64,000 nt of DNA from Longimicrobiales bacterium (GTDB lineage: Bacteria > Gemmatimonadota > Gemmatimonadetes > Longimicrobiales > Gaopeijiaceae), in assembly GCA_041690395.1 (NCBI GenBank), contig JAWLHJ010000004.1:369365-433364 (forward strand), read 5' to 3'. Of the stretch, positions 32,603-41,836 are shown piece by piece. The translations under genes and the position numbers were made by a program. Positions within the stretch are counted from its first letter, which is position 1. Each line of letters begins with the position of its first letter. The notes beneath the pieces are model-generated. The model was not told where the DNA came from. It searched no databases and saw nothing but the letters and a program-made list of their open reading frames with translations.

Positions 32603-33666
32603 GGATCCTCGACCGGCTGGTCGCCGGGACCTTCCTCAAGCTCTTCGGTCTGGTGCTGGCCGCGGCGCCTCCGCTCTTCGTGCTCGGAGACGTCACGGAG
32701 AACCTGGACCGTCACCTCGACCGGGGCGTCACGGGGCTCGAGGTGACTCAGGCCTACCTCTACCAGCTGCCGCTCTTCTTCCAGTGGTCGTTCCCGATCG
32801 CGGCACTGGTGGCGACGGTCTTCACCGTCCACTCCATGACGAGCCACCGGGAGATCGTGGCGGCGAAAGCGGGGGGGATCTCGTTCCACCGGACCGTCGG
32901 CCCGATCTTCGTCGTCGGGCTCCTGCTCACGTTGGTCGCGCTCGGACTCGGCGAGGTCGTCCCGCGGGCCAACCGGGTCGCCTCGCAGATCCTCCAGAAC
33001 GAGAACCCGACGCGGTCGTGGCGGTCGGACTTCGTGTACCGGTCGGAGAGCGGCCTAACCTGGCAGGTGTCCCGTCTCACCGCCGCCGACGGCCGCATGA
33101 CGGGGGTGGTCGTGGAGCGCGCCCCGGCCATCGGCGAGCCCGCGCTCCACGTGCTCGCCGAGAGCGCCTACTGGCGCGAGGGAGTCGGATGGACGCTCCA
33201 GGAAGGCTATCTCCGGCGGCTCGCGCCCGACGGCAACGAGCACACGCTCGAGTTCGACCAGCTCGTCATGACCGATCTGGTCGAGCGGCCCGAGGAGCTC
33301 CTGGAGGCGCCCAGGGAGGCGGACGAGATGACGTACGAGGAGATCGAGCGTCAGGCCTCGATCATCCAGCGGTCCGGCGGCGACGCCAACCGTCTTCTCG
33401 TGAAGCGCGAGGAAAAGATCGCGATCCCGGTGGCGACCCTCGTGATCATCCTGTTCGGCGCGCCGCTCGCCACCAGCAGCAAGCGTGGCGGGACGGCCTT
33501 CGGCATCGGGATCTCGCTCGGGATCGTGATTCTGTACATGATGCTCTTCAAGGTGTCGGGCGCGCTCGGGGAGGCCGGGGCGGTTTCACCCCTGTGGGCA
33601 GCCTGGACCCCGAACGTCCTCTTCTTCGTGGGGGCGATCTTCCTGTTGGCTCGAGTAAGGACATAG
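32599..33666 (+). CDS. lptG: LptF/LptG family permease
   Basis: MRILDRLV, REIVAAKAGGISF, KIAIPVATL, AAWTPNVLF. ATGA overlap. Confidence 0.87.
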   Translation: MRILDRLVAGTFLKLFGLVLAAAPPLFVLGDVTENLDRHLDRGVTGLEVTQAYLYQLPLFFQWSFPIAALVATVFTVHSMTSHREIVAAKAGGISFHRTVGPIFVVGLLLTLVALGLGEVVPRANRVASQILQNENPTRSWRSDFVYRSESGLTWQVSRLTAADGRMTGVVVERAPAIGEPALHVLAESAYWREGVGWTLQEGYLRRLAPDGNEHTLEFDQLVMTDLVERPEELLEAPREADEMTYEEIERQASIIQRSGGDANRLLVKREEKIAIPVATLVIILFGAPLATSSKRGGTAFGIGISLGIVILYMMLFKVSGALGEAGAVSPLWAAWTPNVLFFVGAIFLLARVRT

Positions 33667-33671
33667 TCCGA

Positions 33672-34397
33672 ATGACGCATACCAAGATCCGACGCGGCCG
33701 GGCCGCATCCGGCCTCCTCGCGCTCGTCGCGCTCCTCTCGGCCCTGGCGTGTTCCGGCGGACCGGAGCCCGGCTCTCCCGGTGCCATCGGCGCCCAGATG
33801 GGGACGCACTTCGACCTGGCGCTGGAGCTCCGTGACCACGCCGTTTCCGGGGACCTCACGCGGTTCCGCTCGACCGCGCGGACGCTGTCGACCCTCGAGC
33901 CCACGTCGGATCTGCCCGCCGGTGTCTTCCTCCAGTTCGGGCCGCTCCGGTACGAAGCCGAGGTCGCGGCCGACGCGCGCACGGTCGACGCCGCGGCGCG
34001 GGGCGCGGCCGAGGTGGCCGCCACCTGCGGTGACTGTCACGAGCAGAACGACGTCTCGTTGCCGCCCGCCATCCCCGGACCCGCGGTTTCCCGACCGGTG
34101 ACCGACCCGTCGCTCCACATGGAGCGCCTGTCGCGGGTGACGGGACGGCTCTGGGCCGGGCTCGTGGGACCGAACGAGGCCGACTGGCAGGCCGGGGCTT
34201 CGGACCTCATCGACGCCGGCGGGCTGCCTGGCGGCCTCGAGGGCATGGTGCCGCCCGACATGCTCCAGCAGGCCGCCACGAGGCTCGTGCGGCTGGCGGA
34301 GGAAGCGGTGGGCACGGAGGACGCCCGCTACCGCGTGCGCGCCCTGGGCGAGATCTGGGGAACCTGTGCGGAATGCCACCAGAGGGTGGGGTCGTAG
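33672..34397 (+). CDS. Diheme c-type cytochrome lipoprotein
   Basis: Lipobox LSALAC and two heme motifs, CGDCH and CAECH, each ending a helical half. Confidence 0.8.
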   Translation: MTHTKIRRGRAASGLLALVALLSALACSGGPEPGSPGAIGAQMGTHFDLALELRDHAVSGDLTRFRSTARTLSTLEPTSDLPAGVFLQFGPLRYEAEVAADARTVDAAARGAAEVAATCGDCHEQNDVSLPPAIPGPAVSRPVTDPSLHMERLSRVTGRLWAGLVGPNEADWQAGASDLIDAGGLPGGLEGMVPPDMLQQAATRLVRLAEEAVGTEDARYRVRALGEIWGTCAECHQRVGS

Positions 34398-34398
34398 G

Positions 34399-35526
34399 CT
34401 AGGCGCCGCCCTCCGGCGACGCGCCCCCTGCGGCTGCAGGACCCTCTGGCCCCTGCTCCGGTAGGAAGTCCTTGAAGGCCACGCCGAACAGGTCCCAGAC
34501 GGTCAGGAACAGGGCCGCCACGATGGGGCCCACGATGAAGCCGACCAGGCCGAACATGGCGAGGCCGCCGAAGGTCGAGAGCAGCACCAGCAGGTCGTGC
34601 ATCTTCGTGTCCCGACCGATCAGCCGGGGCCGGAGGAAGTTGTCGATGGTGCTCACCACGACCAGCCCCCAGAGCGCGAGTCCCAGCCCCGCCCCCACGC
34701 GGCCCGACGAGATCAGGATCACGGACGCCGGGGCCCACACGATGCCCGACCCGAGCACGGGGATCACCGACAGCACGGCCATCACCGTCGACCAGAACGC
34801 GGCCCCCGCCACGCCGAGGATGAAGAACGCCGACCCGGCGAGCGCACCCTGGATCAGGCCGACCAGGATGGATCCCTTGATCGTGGCGCGGGTCACGGAG
34901 ACGAAGCGGTCGACCAGCTTGCGCTCGCTGTCGTCGTCGAGCGGGGTGAAGTAGAGGATGCGGGACAGGATGGCGGGGCCGTCGGTGAGGAAGAAGTACA
35001 TCGCGTACAGCATCACGAAGAGCTGGAGCACGAGGTTCACCGTCCCCGTGGTGGCGGCCGTGAGATTGTTCACCAGGAACGAGCCCGCCTGGCCCGCGAA
35101 GTCGCTCATGCTTCCGGTGATGGCGGCCTGATCCGGGAGGAGCTGTCCCAGCATCGGGAAGGCGCGTAGCCACGCGATCCATTCCTCCAGCCGCCCCGAC
35201 TGCTGGCGCATCCAGGGACCGGCGGCTTCCGCGATGTCGACCGCCTGCGCCAGGACGAGCGCGAGGAATCCGCCGAGGGGCACCACGATCACCAGAAGAA
35301 GTCCGAGCACCGTGAGGAGCGCCGCGATCTTCGCTCGGCCTCCGATCCGGTCGGCAAGATTCAGGAAGAGTCCCCGCGACATCCCCGCGAAGACGCCCGC
35401 CAGGATGAGCGCGACCAGGAACTGCCGGATCATGACCAGGAACAGGACCGTCATGCCGGCGACGAGGAAGAGCAGGAAGCCCTTCTGGATACGCGCGACG
35501 GGCAGCTCGCGCCCGGGCGTGGTCAC
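34399..35526 (-). CDS. AI-2E family transporter
   Basis: IDNFLRPRLIG, STFGGLAMFGLVGFIVGPIVAA; multiple TM segments. Confidence 0.92.
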   Translation of the reverse strand: MTTPGRELPVARIQKGFLLFLVAGMTVLFLVMIRQFLVALILAGVFAGMSRGLFLNLADRIGGRAKIAALLTVLGLLLVIVVPLGGFLALVLAQAVDIAEAAGPWMRQQSGRLEEWIAWLRAFPMLGQLLPDQAAITGSMSDFAGQAGSFLVNNLTAATTGTVNLVLQLFVMLYAMYFFLTDGPAILSRILYFTPLDDDSERKLVDRFVSVTRATIKGSILVGLIQGALAGSAFFILGVAGAAFWSTVMAVLSVIPVLGSGIVWAPASVILISSGRVGAGLGLALWGLVVVSTIDNFLRPRLIGRDTKMHDLLVLLSTFGGLAMFGLVGFIVGPIVAALFLTVWDLFGVAFKDFLPEQGPEGPAAAGGASPEGGA

Positions 35527-36320
35527 GGGTCGCTCCCGACGGGCGTGACGGTCAGACGGACCGCCGTGGAGCGCATCAACTGCACGGGGTACCCGCCGTA
35601 GGCGTCGCCGTCCCACAGGAAGAGGCGCGAGCTCCGGAATCTCAGGTCGGCCGGAAGCTCGATGCCGCCCACGAGCTCCCCCGGCAGACGGATCGTGGGA
35701 GGCACGCTGCGTCCCGATACGGCAAGGTCCCCCCCGAGGGTCAGGAGCCAATCGTCCTGCACCGGCGCGGACTCGGCCACCCGGCCGTCGGGGAAGCGTA
35801 CCGCGAGCTCGATCTCACCACCCGGAGCCAGCTCGATGTCCTCCATCGGATCGAGCTCCACGCCTACCGGAACGACCATCTCCGGGAACGGCGTGAATCC
35901 GTCGACGACGGGAAGGGTGAAGCGGAGCGTGTCGCCCTCGAGGGGCACGGTCTCGGCGCCTCGCCAACGGACCGCGCCGATGATGTAATCGACTTCCGGA
36001 TCGATGGTCAGCGACCCCAGGGTGATGGGTCCGACCGATGCGGCCGTCAGAAGCTCACCGTCGTCGTCCACTCCGGCGAGGAAATAGGCATCGATCTCGA
36101 TCCGGGCGAGCCCGGCCTCCGGTTCGTCGACGTCGAGCTCGATCTGCACCGACAGCCGCGGAGGTGAGCTCCGGAACGACACCGGGTCGGGCTCGATGTC
36201 CGTGATGTCGAGCGTGCAGCCCGACAGCAGCGCCAGGGCGCAGACCGCGACGCTGCGCGCACCGGCGATGGCCCGCAAGAGGGCGGGCGGACGTTCGGGG
36301 ACTCGGCGCGGCGCGCTCAA
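35523..36320 (-). CDS. Hypothetical lipoprotein
   Basis: Lipobox ALLSGC and a beta-rich mature part. TTG start overlapping the upstream TGA is inferred. Confidence 0.65.
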   Translation of the reverse strand: MSAPRRVPERPPALLRAIAGARSVAVCALALLSGCTLDITDIEPDPVSFRSSPPRLSVQIELDVDEPEAGLARIEIDAYFLAGVDDDGELLTAASVGPITLGSLTIDPEVDYIIGAVRWRGAETVPLEGDTLRFTLPVVDGFTPFPEMVVPVGVELDPMEDIELAPGGEIELAVRFPDGRVAESAPVQDDWLLTLGGDLAVSGRSVPPTIRLPGELVGGIELPADLRFRSSRLFLWDGDAYGGYPVQLMRSTAVRLTVTPVGSDP

Positions 36321-37210
36321 TGGATGATCCGCATTTCGGGGCGGGGCACGGAGCGCATCTCGAGGTAGTCCGCCTCGACCTCGAACGGGTTGGCCGCTCG
36401 GTCGAAGACCAGATAGGCTCCGCCCATCGGGATTCCGGGCCACAGCCCGACGTCCACGTAGTCGAGCCAGCGGCCGAGGCCGAGGCCGAGGCGGTCCACC
36501 GCCCACCGCTCGACGGCCATCCCGCCCGATGCATGGACCTGGTCCCACTGCGCGACGTGCACCCGTTCATGCGCCAGCGTGGCTTCGAGCGACGTCGTGC
36601 CCCTCTCGTTCACGAAGATCGCACCCCCGGCCATGGTCCCGAGTGCGTCTTCGAGCTCGGCGCCATCGGTCAGGAACACCGGGGCGCCGGCCGACAGGGA
36701 GCGGCCGGCATCGAAGCGGAGCGACGGATGCGTGATTCCGTACACGAGCCAGTACGTCGCCGTGAGGTCGGCCTTCACGCGGTACATCCCCTCGGTCCGG
36801 TCCACGTGGAGTCGCGCCGGACCGAACGGCACGCTGAACCGGCGTGGAAGAGGGCCACCGCCCGGATCCTGCCCCATCGCGCCGCCGACGCTCGCCAACG
36901 CCCGTCCCATCGCTCCGGCTCCGAAGAATCGCTCCGAGCTCAGCCGTTTTCCCCCGTAGGACACGACTCCGCCCAGCCCACCGTCGAGGAAGCCCTCGGA
37001 AAAGGAGGCTTCGTCCGTCACCACCGCCGTGACGCCACCGACCACCCCTCCGAGGATCGCGTTCGTCGCGGCGAACCCGAACTCCTCCAGCCAGTTCGCG
37101 TTGGCCCACCGCCGTGAGACATCCTGATCCAGCTCCTGGGCCACCAAAGGTGCGGGCAGCGTGAGGGCAAGGACCAGCGTAGGGACCAGGGCGAGACGGA
37201 GCAGGCTCAT
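36317..37210 (-). CDS. Secreted/membrane hypothetical protein with HExxH motif
   Basis: Signal peptide, Gly-rich helices, LAHERVHVAQW, C-term PFEVEA. Confidence 0.75.
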   Translation of the reverse strand: MSLLRLALVPTLVLALTLPAPLVAQELDQDVSRRWANANWLEEFGFAATNAILGGVVGGVTAVVTDEASFSEGFLDGGLGGVVSYGGKRLSSERFFGAGAMGRALASVGGAMGQDPGGGPLPRRFSVPFGPARLHVDRTEGMYRVKADLTATYWLVYGITHPSLRFDAGRSLSAGAPVFLTDGAELEDALGTMAGGAIFVNERGTTSLEATLAHERVHVAQWDQVHASGGMAVERWAVDRLGLGLGRWLDYVDVGLWPGIPMGGAYLVFDRAANPFEVEADYLEMRSVPRPEMRIIH

Positions 37211-37254
37211 AGAGGAAGGTATACGCAGGGCCCCGCGCGCACGCTACCGGGTTC

Positions 37255-38646
37255 TCAGCCCGGCGGCGCCGCCAGCCTCCCCTCGACCGACTCGAGCAGC
37301 GCCGCCGGGTCGTAGAGCCGGCCCGACTTCACCACCCAGCGCACGTCGCGCGTGTTGCGGATATCCTCGAGAGGATCGCCCCTCACCACGAAGAAGTCCG
37401 CGAGCTTGCCCGGCTCAAGGCTGCCCAGCAGATCCGACATCCCGAACGCGCGGGCGCCGTTCAGCGTCGCGATGCGGAGCACGTCGGCGGCCTCGATCCC
37501 GCACATGTTCAGCGCGTGCATCTCGCGGTGCGCGACGAAGCCCGGCAGCCACACGCCCCAGCTCGGGTGGTCCGTCGCGAGCGCTAGCCTGCCCCCCGCC
37601 TCATGGAACGCCTTCACGAGCGGGCACTTGGTGGCGTGGATCTCGTCGAACTGGGCCAGGTTGAAGTCGGGCCCCCCGTCCTCGATCCAGCGGCGCACCT
37701 CGGGCGTGAGGAAGCGGCTTTCGTCCGTCCAGAACTCGAGCGCCGGGTCGGACTTGCCCTCGATCCCGTAGTAGGCGTAAGCCGTCACGGTGGGATCGTA
37801 CGTGACGTCGTGCTCCTTGAAGAGCCCGACGATCTCGGCGAAGTCCGGCGTGCCCGGCCGGAAATCGGGAAAGCTCGCGTATGCGCTCCGGTCGGCGGGA
37901 AACGCGGGGCCGCCCATGAAGTGCTCGATGCGGTCGATGCCCATGAGGATCGCGTCGCGCGGGTTCACCGAGTTCCGGTAGCCGGAGTCGAGATGCCCCG
38001 TCACCGTGAGCCCGTGGTGGTGCGCCCGCTCGATGAGCCAGCGGAGCGTCTCAGGGTCAGGGCCCTTGGCCTTGAAGCCCCGCACGCCGCGCGACGCCCA
38101 CAAGTCGACCTCGGCGAACAGCTCCTCACGGCTCATCTTCCGCCAGCCGGGCCGCGCGCTTCCGTAGTAGGGGCCCGAGTTGAGCAACCGCGGGCCCGCG
38201 ACTTCTCCCCGTTGGATGCGCAGGCGGAGATCCCACATCCCCTCGGGGTCGTACTCGCCCGCCGGGAACGTCGACGTCACGCCGTTGGCGAGCCAGAGCA
38301 CGGGCGTCACCACCAACTCCTCCCGCCTGGGGCGGCCGAGGAGCTGCATGTTGTAGTGCGCGTGCAGATCGATCAGGCCCGGAAGCACGTAGTCGTCGGG
38401 GCCGAGCTCGAGGCGCTCGGCATCGGTGAGGTCCAGATCGACGTCGATCGAGCCGACGGCCATGAGACGCCCGCCGATCGAGACGAGGCCCGTGTTCGGC
38501 CGCATCTCCCCGGACGCGACGTGGAAGTAATGGCCGCCGGTCACCACGAGGGGGCGGTCCTGGGCGTGGACGGGCCCGGAGGTCCATGTGCCGGCCAACG
38601 AGACGACCGCGGCGGCCACGGCGGACAGGGCTCTGGATACAGTCAC
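37255..38646 (-). CDS. Secreted amidohydrolase family protein
   Basis: LPGLIDLHAH, TGHL, IEH, ATD, GSLEPGKLADF. Confidence 0.92.
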   Translation of the reverse strand: MTVSRALSAVAAAVVSLAGTWTSGPVHAQDRPLVVTGGHYFHVASGEMRPNTGLVSIGGRLMAVGSIDVDLDLTDAERLELGPDDYVLPGLIDLHAHYNMQLLGRPRREELVVTPVLWLANGVTSTFPAGEYDPEGMWDLRLRIQRGEVAGPRLLNSGPYYGSARPGWRKMSREELFAEVDLWASRGVRGFKAKGPDPETLRWLIERAHHHGLTVTGHLDSGYRNSVNPRDAILMGIDRIEHFMGGPAFPADRSAYASFPDFRPGTPDFAEIVGLFKEHDVTYDPTVTAYAYYGIEGKSDPALEFWTDESRFLTPEVRRWIEDGGPDFNLAQFDEIHATKCPLVKAFHEAGGRLALATDHPSWGVWLPGFVAHREMHALNMCGIEAADVLRIATLNGARAFGMSDLLGSLEPGKLADFFVVRGDPLEDIRNTRDVRWVVKSGRLYDPAALLESVEGRLAAPPG

Positions 38647-38674
38647 CTGGAGTGCCGCTCCCGGGTCGAGGTCA

Positions 38675-39709
38675 TCATGTCATCGGCACCGAGTACCCCA
38701 ATCTCCGAAGCGTGGATGCGCTCCGCTCGATGAAGCGCTCGATCGTCGTCATCGGCACCGAGAGCGTGACCCCATACTGAATCCGGAGGGTCTCCTCCAG
38801 GAACACCGGCCCCCGGTAGGGTAGCGCCGGGTCGTGCGACTCCACCACGTCGGCGGGAGGGACGAGCCGGATCTCGCGCTCGGCGGCGCTTGCCCGGGCC
38901 ATCCCGATCCATTCGAGCGTCCGGCCGTCCCGGCTCACCGCCAGCACGGCCCCGCCGCTCACGCCCTGGTTCCAGTTCCCGTCGACGATGAACGAGCCCC
39001 GGCCGTCACGAACCGGGGTCGCGACCCCCTGGCTGACCATGGGGAAGCCGCCGGGGTAGCCCAGGATGTAGACGAACGAGCCCAGCGACAGGGCCCCGGG
39101 ATCGCCTGGAAGCACTGCCATCGGCCGGGCGTCTCCGAGGCCGTCGGTGCTGGTGGTCCGGAAGCCGATGAGCGCGACGTCCTCCTCTTCGTCCACCGCG
39201 AGCACCTCGAACGTGCGGGATGCGGGAAGGTCCGTCACCCAGTTGGTCTGCCGGCTCTTGATGGAGAGGCTACGGATGCGCCGATCCTCGTCCCGGTCGA
39301 CTTCCCGCTCCGTCCCGAAATACTCGACCACCGTGTCGGCGCGAGCCACGGCATGCGCCGCGGTGAGGAGGAGCACGCTGCGCGGCGTGTTGGACACCAG
39401 GACCGCCGTGGCCCGGCTCGTCTCGGAGAACACGTCCGTGGCGGCTGCCCGTGACGTCACGTCGCCCGCGGCGAGGTCACCCACCGTGGGTGCCCCATCC
39501 TCCGGAAAGAAGTAGAGCTCGTAGGTGACCGAGACCTGGATCTGCTTGACCGACTCGAACGCACGCGTCAACGCGCCCGACATGTCGCTCGTCGGCATCG
39601 CGGCCAGATACCCGCCCGGCCCAGACGGCGCCGAGCCGGCCGTGCCGGCGCACCCCGCGGCGAGCGAGCCCGCGCATAGGGCGACGACGATCGTCGGATG
39701 CCGGAGCAT
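38675..39709 (-). CDS. Trypsin-like serine protease lipoprotein
   Basis: Lipobox LAAGC and triad motifs LTAAHA, DVALI, QGVSGG. Confidence 0.82.
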   Translation of the reverse strand: MLRHPTIVVALCAGSLAAGCAGTAGSAPSGPGGYLAAMPTSDMSGALTRAFESVKQIQVSVTYELYFFPEDGAPTVGDLAAGDVTSRAAATDVFSETSRATAVLVSNTPRSVLLLTAAHAVARADTVVEYFGTEREVDRDEDRRIRSLSIKSRQTNWVTDLPASRTFEVLAVDEEEDVALIGFRTTSTDGLGDARPMAVLPGDPGALSLGSFVYILGYPGGFPMVSQGVATPVRDGRGSFIVDGNWNQGVSGGAVLAVSRDGRTLEWIGMARASAAEREIRLVPPADVVESHDPALPYRGPVFLEETLRIQYGVTLSVPMTTIERFIERSASTLRRLGYSVPMT

Positions 39710-40338
39710 CAGGTCAGCGTGGCGAGGACCTCCAGCACGAGACCGTTCGACGCGGCGACGAAGCCTCCCAGGTCGTCGCGCATCTCGTCGATCTGTCGCC
39801 GGTCCTGCTCGAGGTGCTCCAGCATCTGGTCACGGAGCTTGGCGTACCCCTCGAGCTTCTTCTCGAGCGCGGCGGCCGCACTCGTCGCCTCGTCCGCGTC
39901 GGCCACGACCACGGTCTCGGTCTTGGTCACCAACCGGCGCTGGCCGTCTCGCGCCGTGTGGGAGTATTCGACCTCGGCCGGATACTCCGCGTCGGGATTC
40001 TCCGCCAGCGCGCGCAGCGTGCTCGTCACCTCTTCGAGGGCGTCGATCTCGGCCCGCTTCTCATCGAGCAGGGAGACCAGGTCGCTGTCGAGGGCCTTCG
40101 CGCCGAACTCCGCCAGCTCGGTCATGTGCTTCTTCACGGCCGCCGCCCGATCCGTCCGGCCTCCGGGGATCAGGCTCCAGTCGAGCACCTCGCCCGCGGT
40201 TGCAAGCGCCCGGCGGAGCTGCTCGCGCTGACGAACCACCAGGGATCCGTCCTGGCGAAGGCGTTCCAGAGCGAGAAAGGCCAGGGTCCGACCCGTTTCG
40301 TTGAGCTCCGGGTTACCCTCGATCAATGACTTCGGCAT
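39709..40338 (-). CDS. Hypothetical helical protein
   Basis: 209-aa ORF with host-like codon bias, coupled to the protease gene (TGATG). Confidence 0.7.
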   Translation of the reverse strand: MPKSLIEGNPELNETGRTLAFLALERLRQDGSLVVRQREQLRRALATAGEVLDWSLIPGGRTDRAAAVKKHMTELAEFGAKALDSDLVSLLDEKRAEIDALEEVTSTLRALAENPDAEYPAEVEYSHTARDGQRRLVTKTETVVVADADEATSAAAALEKKLEGYAKLRDQMLEHLEQDRRQIDEMRDDLGGFVAASNGLVLEVLATLT

Positions 40339-40469
40339 GACGAATCACATCCGCGCGTTCGGGTTAAAATCCAGGTCCGATAACGTGCTACACCGCAGAG
40401 GTCCAAATGGTACCGCGTGTCACGCGCGAGCCGTTTCGCGCGTTTCCCTTGTGTCCACACGGAGGTACC

Positions 40470-40976
40470 ATGCGTCTCATCGGCTTCGCTACCGGCGCCC
40501 TGATCCTCGCCGCCTGCGGCGGGGGGAACCTTCTGCTGCCCGAGCTCGGGGCCGACCTGACCCGCTTCGGGGGCTGCGGGGACGTCTTCATGTATGCCGC
40601 CGACGAGCACGACCGCGTCATGGTCACGTTCCAGGCCCAGGGTCTGATCGAGGAAGCACGCGCCTCGGGGGAGGACGAGGTCGACGTCGTGCTCGACCTG
40701 TCGACCTCGGCGGCCACCGTCCGGCTCGACCACGGTGAGCGCGTCTCGTCCAACGCGTGCAACGACGTGCTCGTCTCCCCTGGCCCCAGGGTCGACCTCG
40801 TCTGGACCGCCACGGCGGGCTCGGCTACACTGCAAATTCGCCCGGTATCCGGCTCCGAGGCGGCTTTCGCGGACCTCGTGCTGGAAGGCGTCGTGTTGTC
40901 GTCGGATGACGCCGACGACATCACCCTGGAGGAGGTGACGTGGACGGACGTGTTCGTGGGGTGGTATCCGGGGTAG
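40470..40976 (+). CDS. Hypothetical lipoprotein
   Basis: GGAGG SD before ATG 40470; lipobox ILAAC. Confidence 0.75.
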   Translation: MRLIGFATGALILAACGGGNLLLPELGADLTRFGGCGDVFMYAADEHDRVMVTFQAQGLIEEARASGEDEVDVVLDLSTSAATVRLDHGERVSSNACNDVLVSPGPRVDLVWTATAGSATLQIRPVSGSEAAFADLVLEGVVLSSDDADDITLEEVTWTDVFVGWYPG

Positions 40977-41821
40977 CCCTCCTGGCCCTTCTTCTCGCGC
41001 CCGGGTCGACCAGCGCTCAAGGCGCGCCCGGACCGGGTGTCTACTACGACGCACCATCCGAGCATCCGGCCTTCGCCGCATTCCGGACCGCGGAGACGGC
41101 CCTGATGAACGTGTTCGTCGGCGGCCTCGTGACCGGAGTCGGGTCCTGGCTCCGGGGTGAGGGCTTCTTCCCGGCCTTCGGCTGGGGCGCAGTCGGAGGC
41201 GCACTCTCGTTCTCCGGGAAGTACCTCGCCGGACGCCACCCGCACGGAGGGGGGCTGGTCGGGCGCCAGGTGGCCGAGGTCGGGCACAGCATCGCGCTGA
41301 ACAGCTCCCGTGGACAAGGTCCGCTGGATGAGCTGTGGCTCGCGTTCGGACCGGGCCGGATCCGTATCCGCGACAATGGCCACGCACAGGGCCCGCCACT
41401 CCGTATCAACCTCTCGAGCCTCGCGGTGGCGGCGGAGTACGCTTTCCGCTCCGATACGCGCTTCTCCCCGGGAGAGAGCCTGGCATCGGGCGCCCTGGTG
41501 TTCGAGGCCAGCAACGGACCGGCCGGCTTCCGGGACGACCTCGAGGTACACGGGATCGCGCGCGGGTCCGTGGTCCTGCTGAGCGGAACCGGGGGCTTCG
41601 ACCGGACCTCGACCTTCGGGCACGAGCTCGTGCACGTCATCCAGTCCGACCACGCGACCCGGCTCATCACCGCCCCGCTGGAGCAGTATGTGCTGGGCCG
41701 CGTGGGCCTCACGGGTCCGGTCATCGGCGCGATCGAGGTGTCGAACGGGATCCTGCTCTTCAACCGCAGGCCGTTTCTGCGATTTCTCGAGACCGAGGCG
41801 GAGCGGCTGCAGCGCCGCTAG
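40940..41821 (+). CDS. Secreted/membrane hypothetical protein with HExxH motif (paralog of 36317-37210)
   Basis: Signal peptide, NVFVGGLVTG..GAVGGALSFSGKYL, FGHELVHVIQ, C-term FLETEA. Confidence 0.75.
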   Translation: MDGRVRGVVSGVALLALLLAPGSTSAQGAPGPGVYYDAPSEHPAFAAFRTAETALMNVFVGGLVTGVGSWLRGEGFFPAFGWGAVGGALSFSGKYLAGRHPHGGGLVGRQVAEVGHSIALNSSRGQGPLDELWLAFGPGRIRIRDNGHAQGPPLRINLSSLAVAAEYAFRSDTRFSPGESLASGALVFEASNGPAGFRDDLEVHGIARGSVVLLSGTGGFDRTSTFGHELVHVIQSDHATRLITAPLEQYVLGRVGLTGPVIGAIEVSNGILLFNRRPFLRFLETEAERLQRR

Positions 41822-41836
41822 AAGGGGAGCCGGCTC

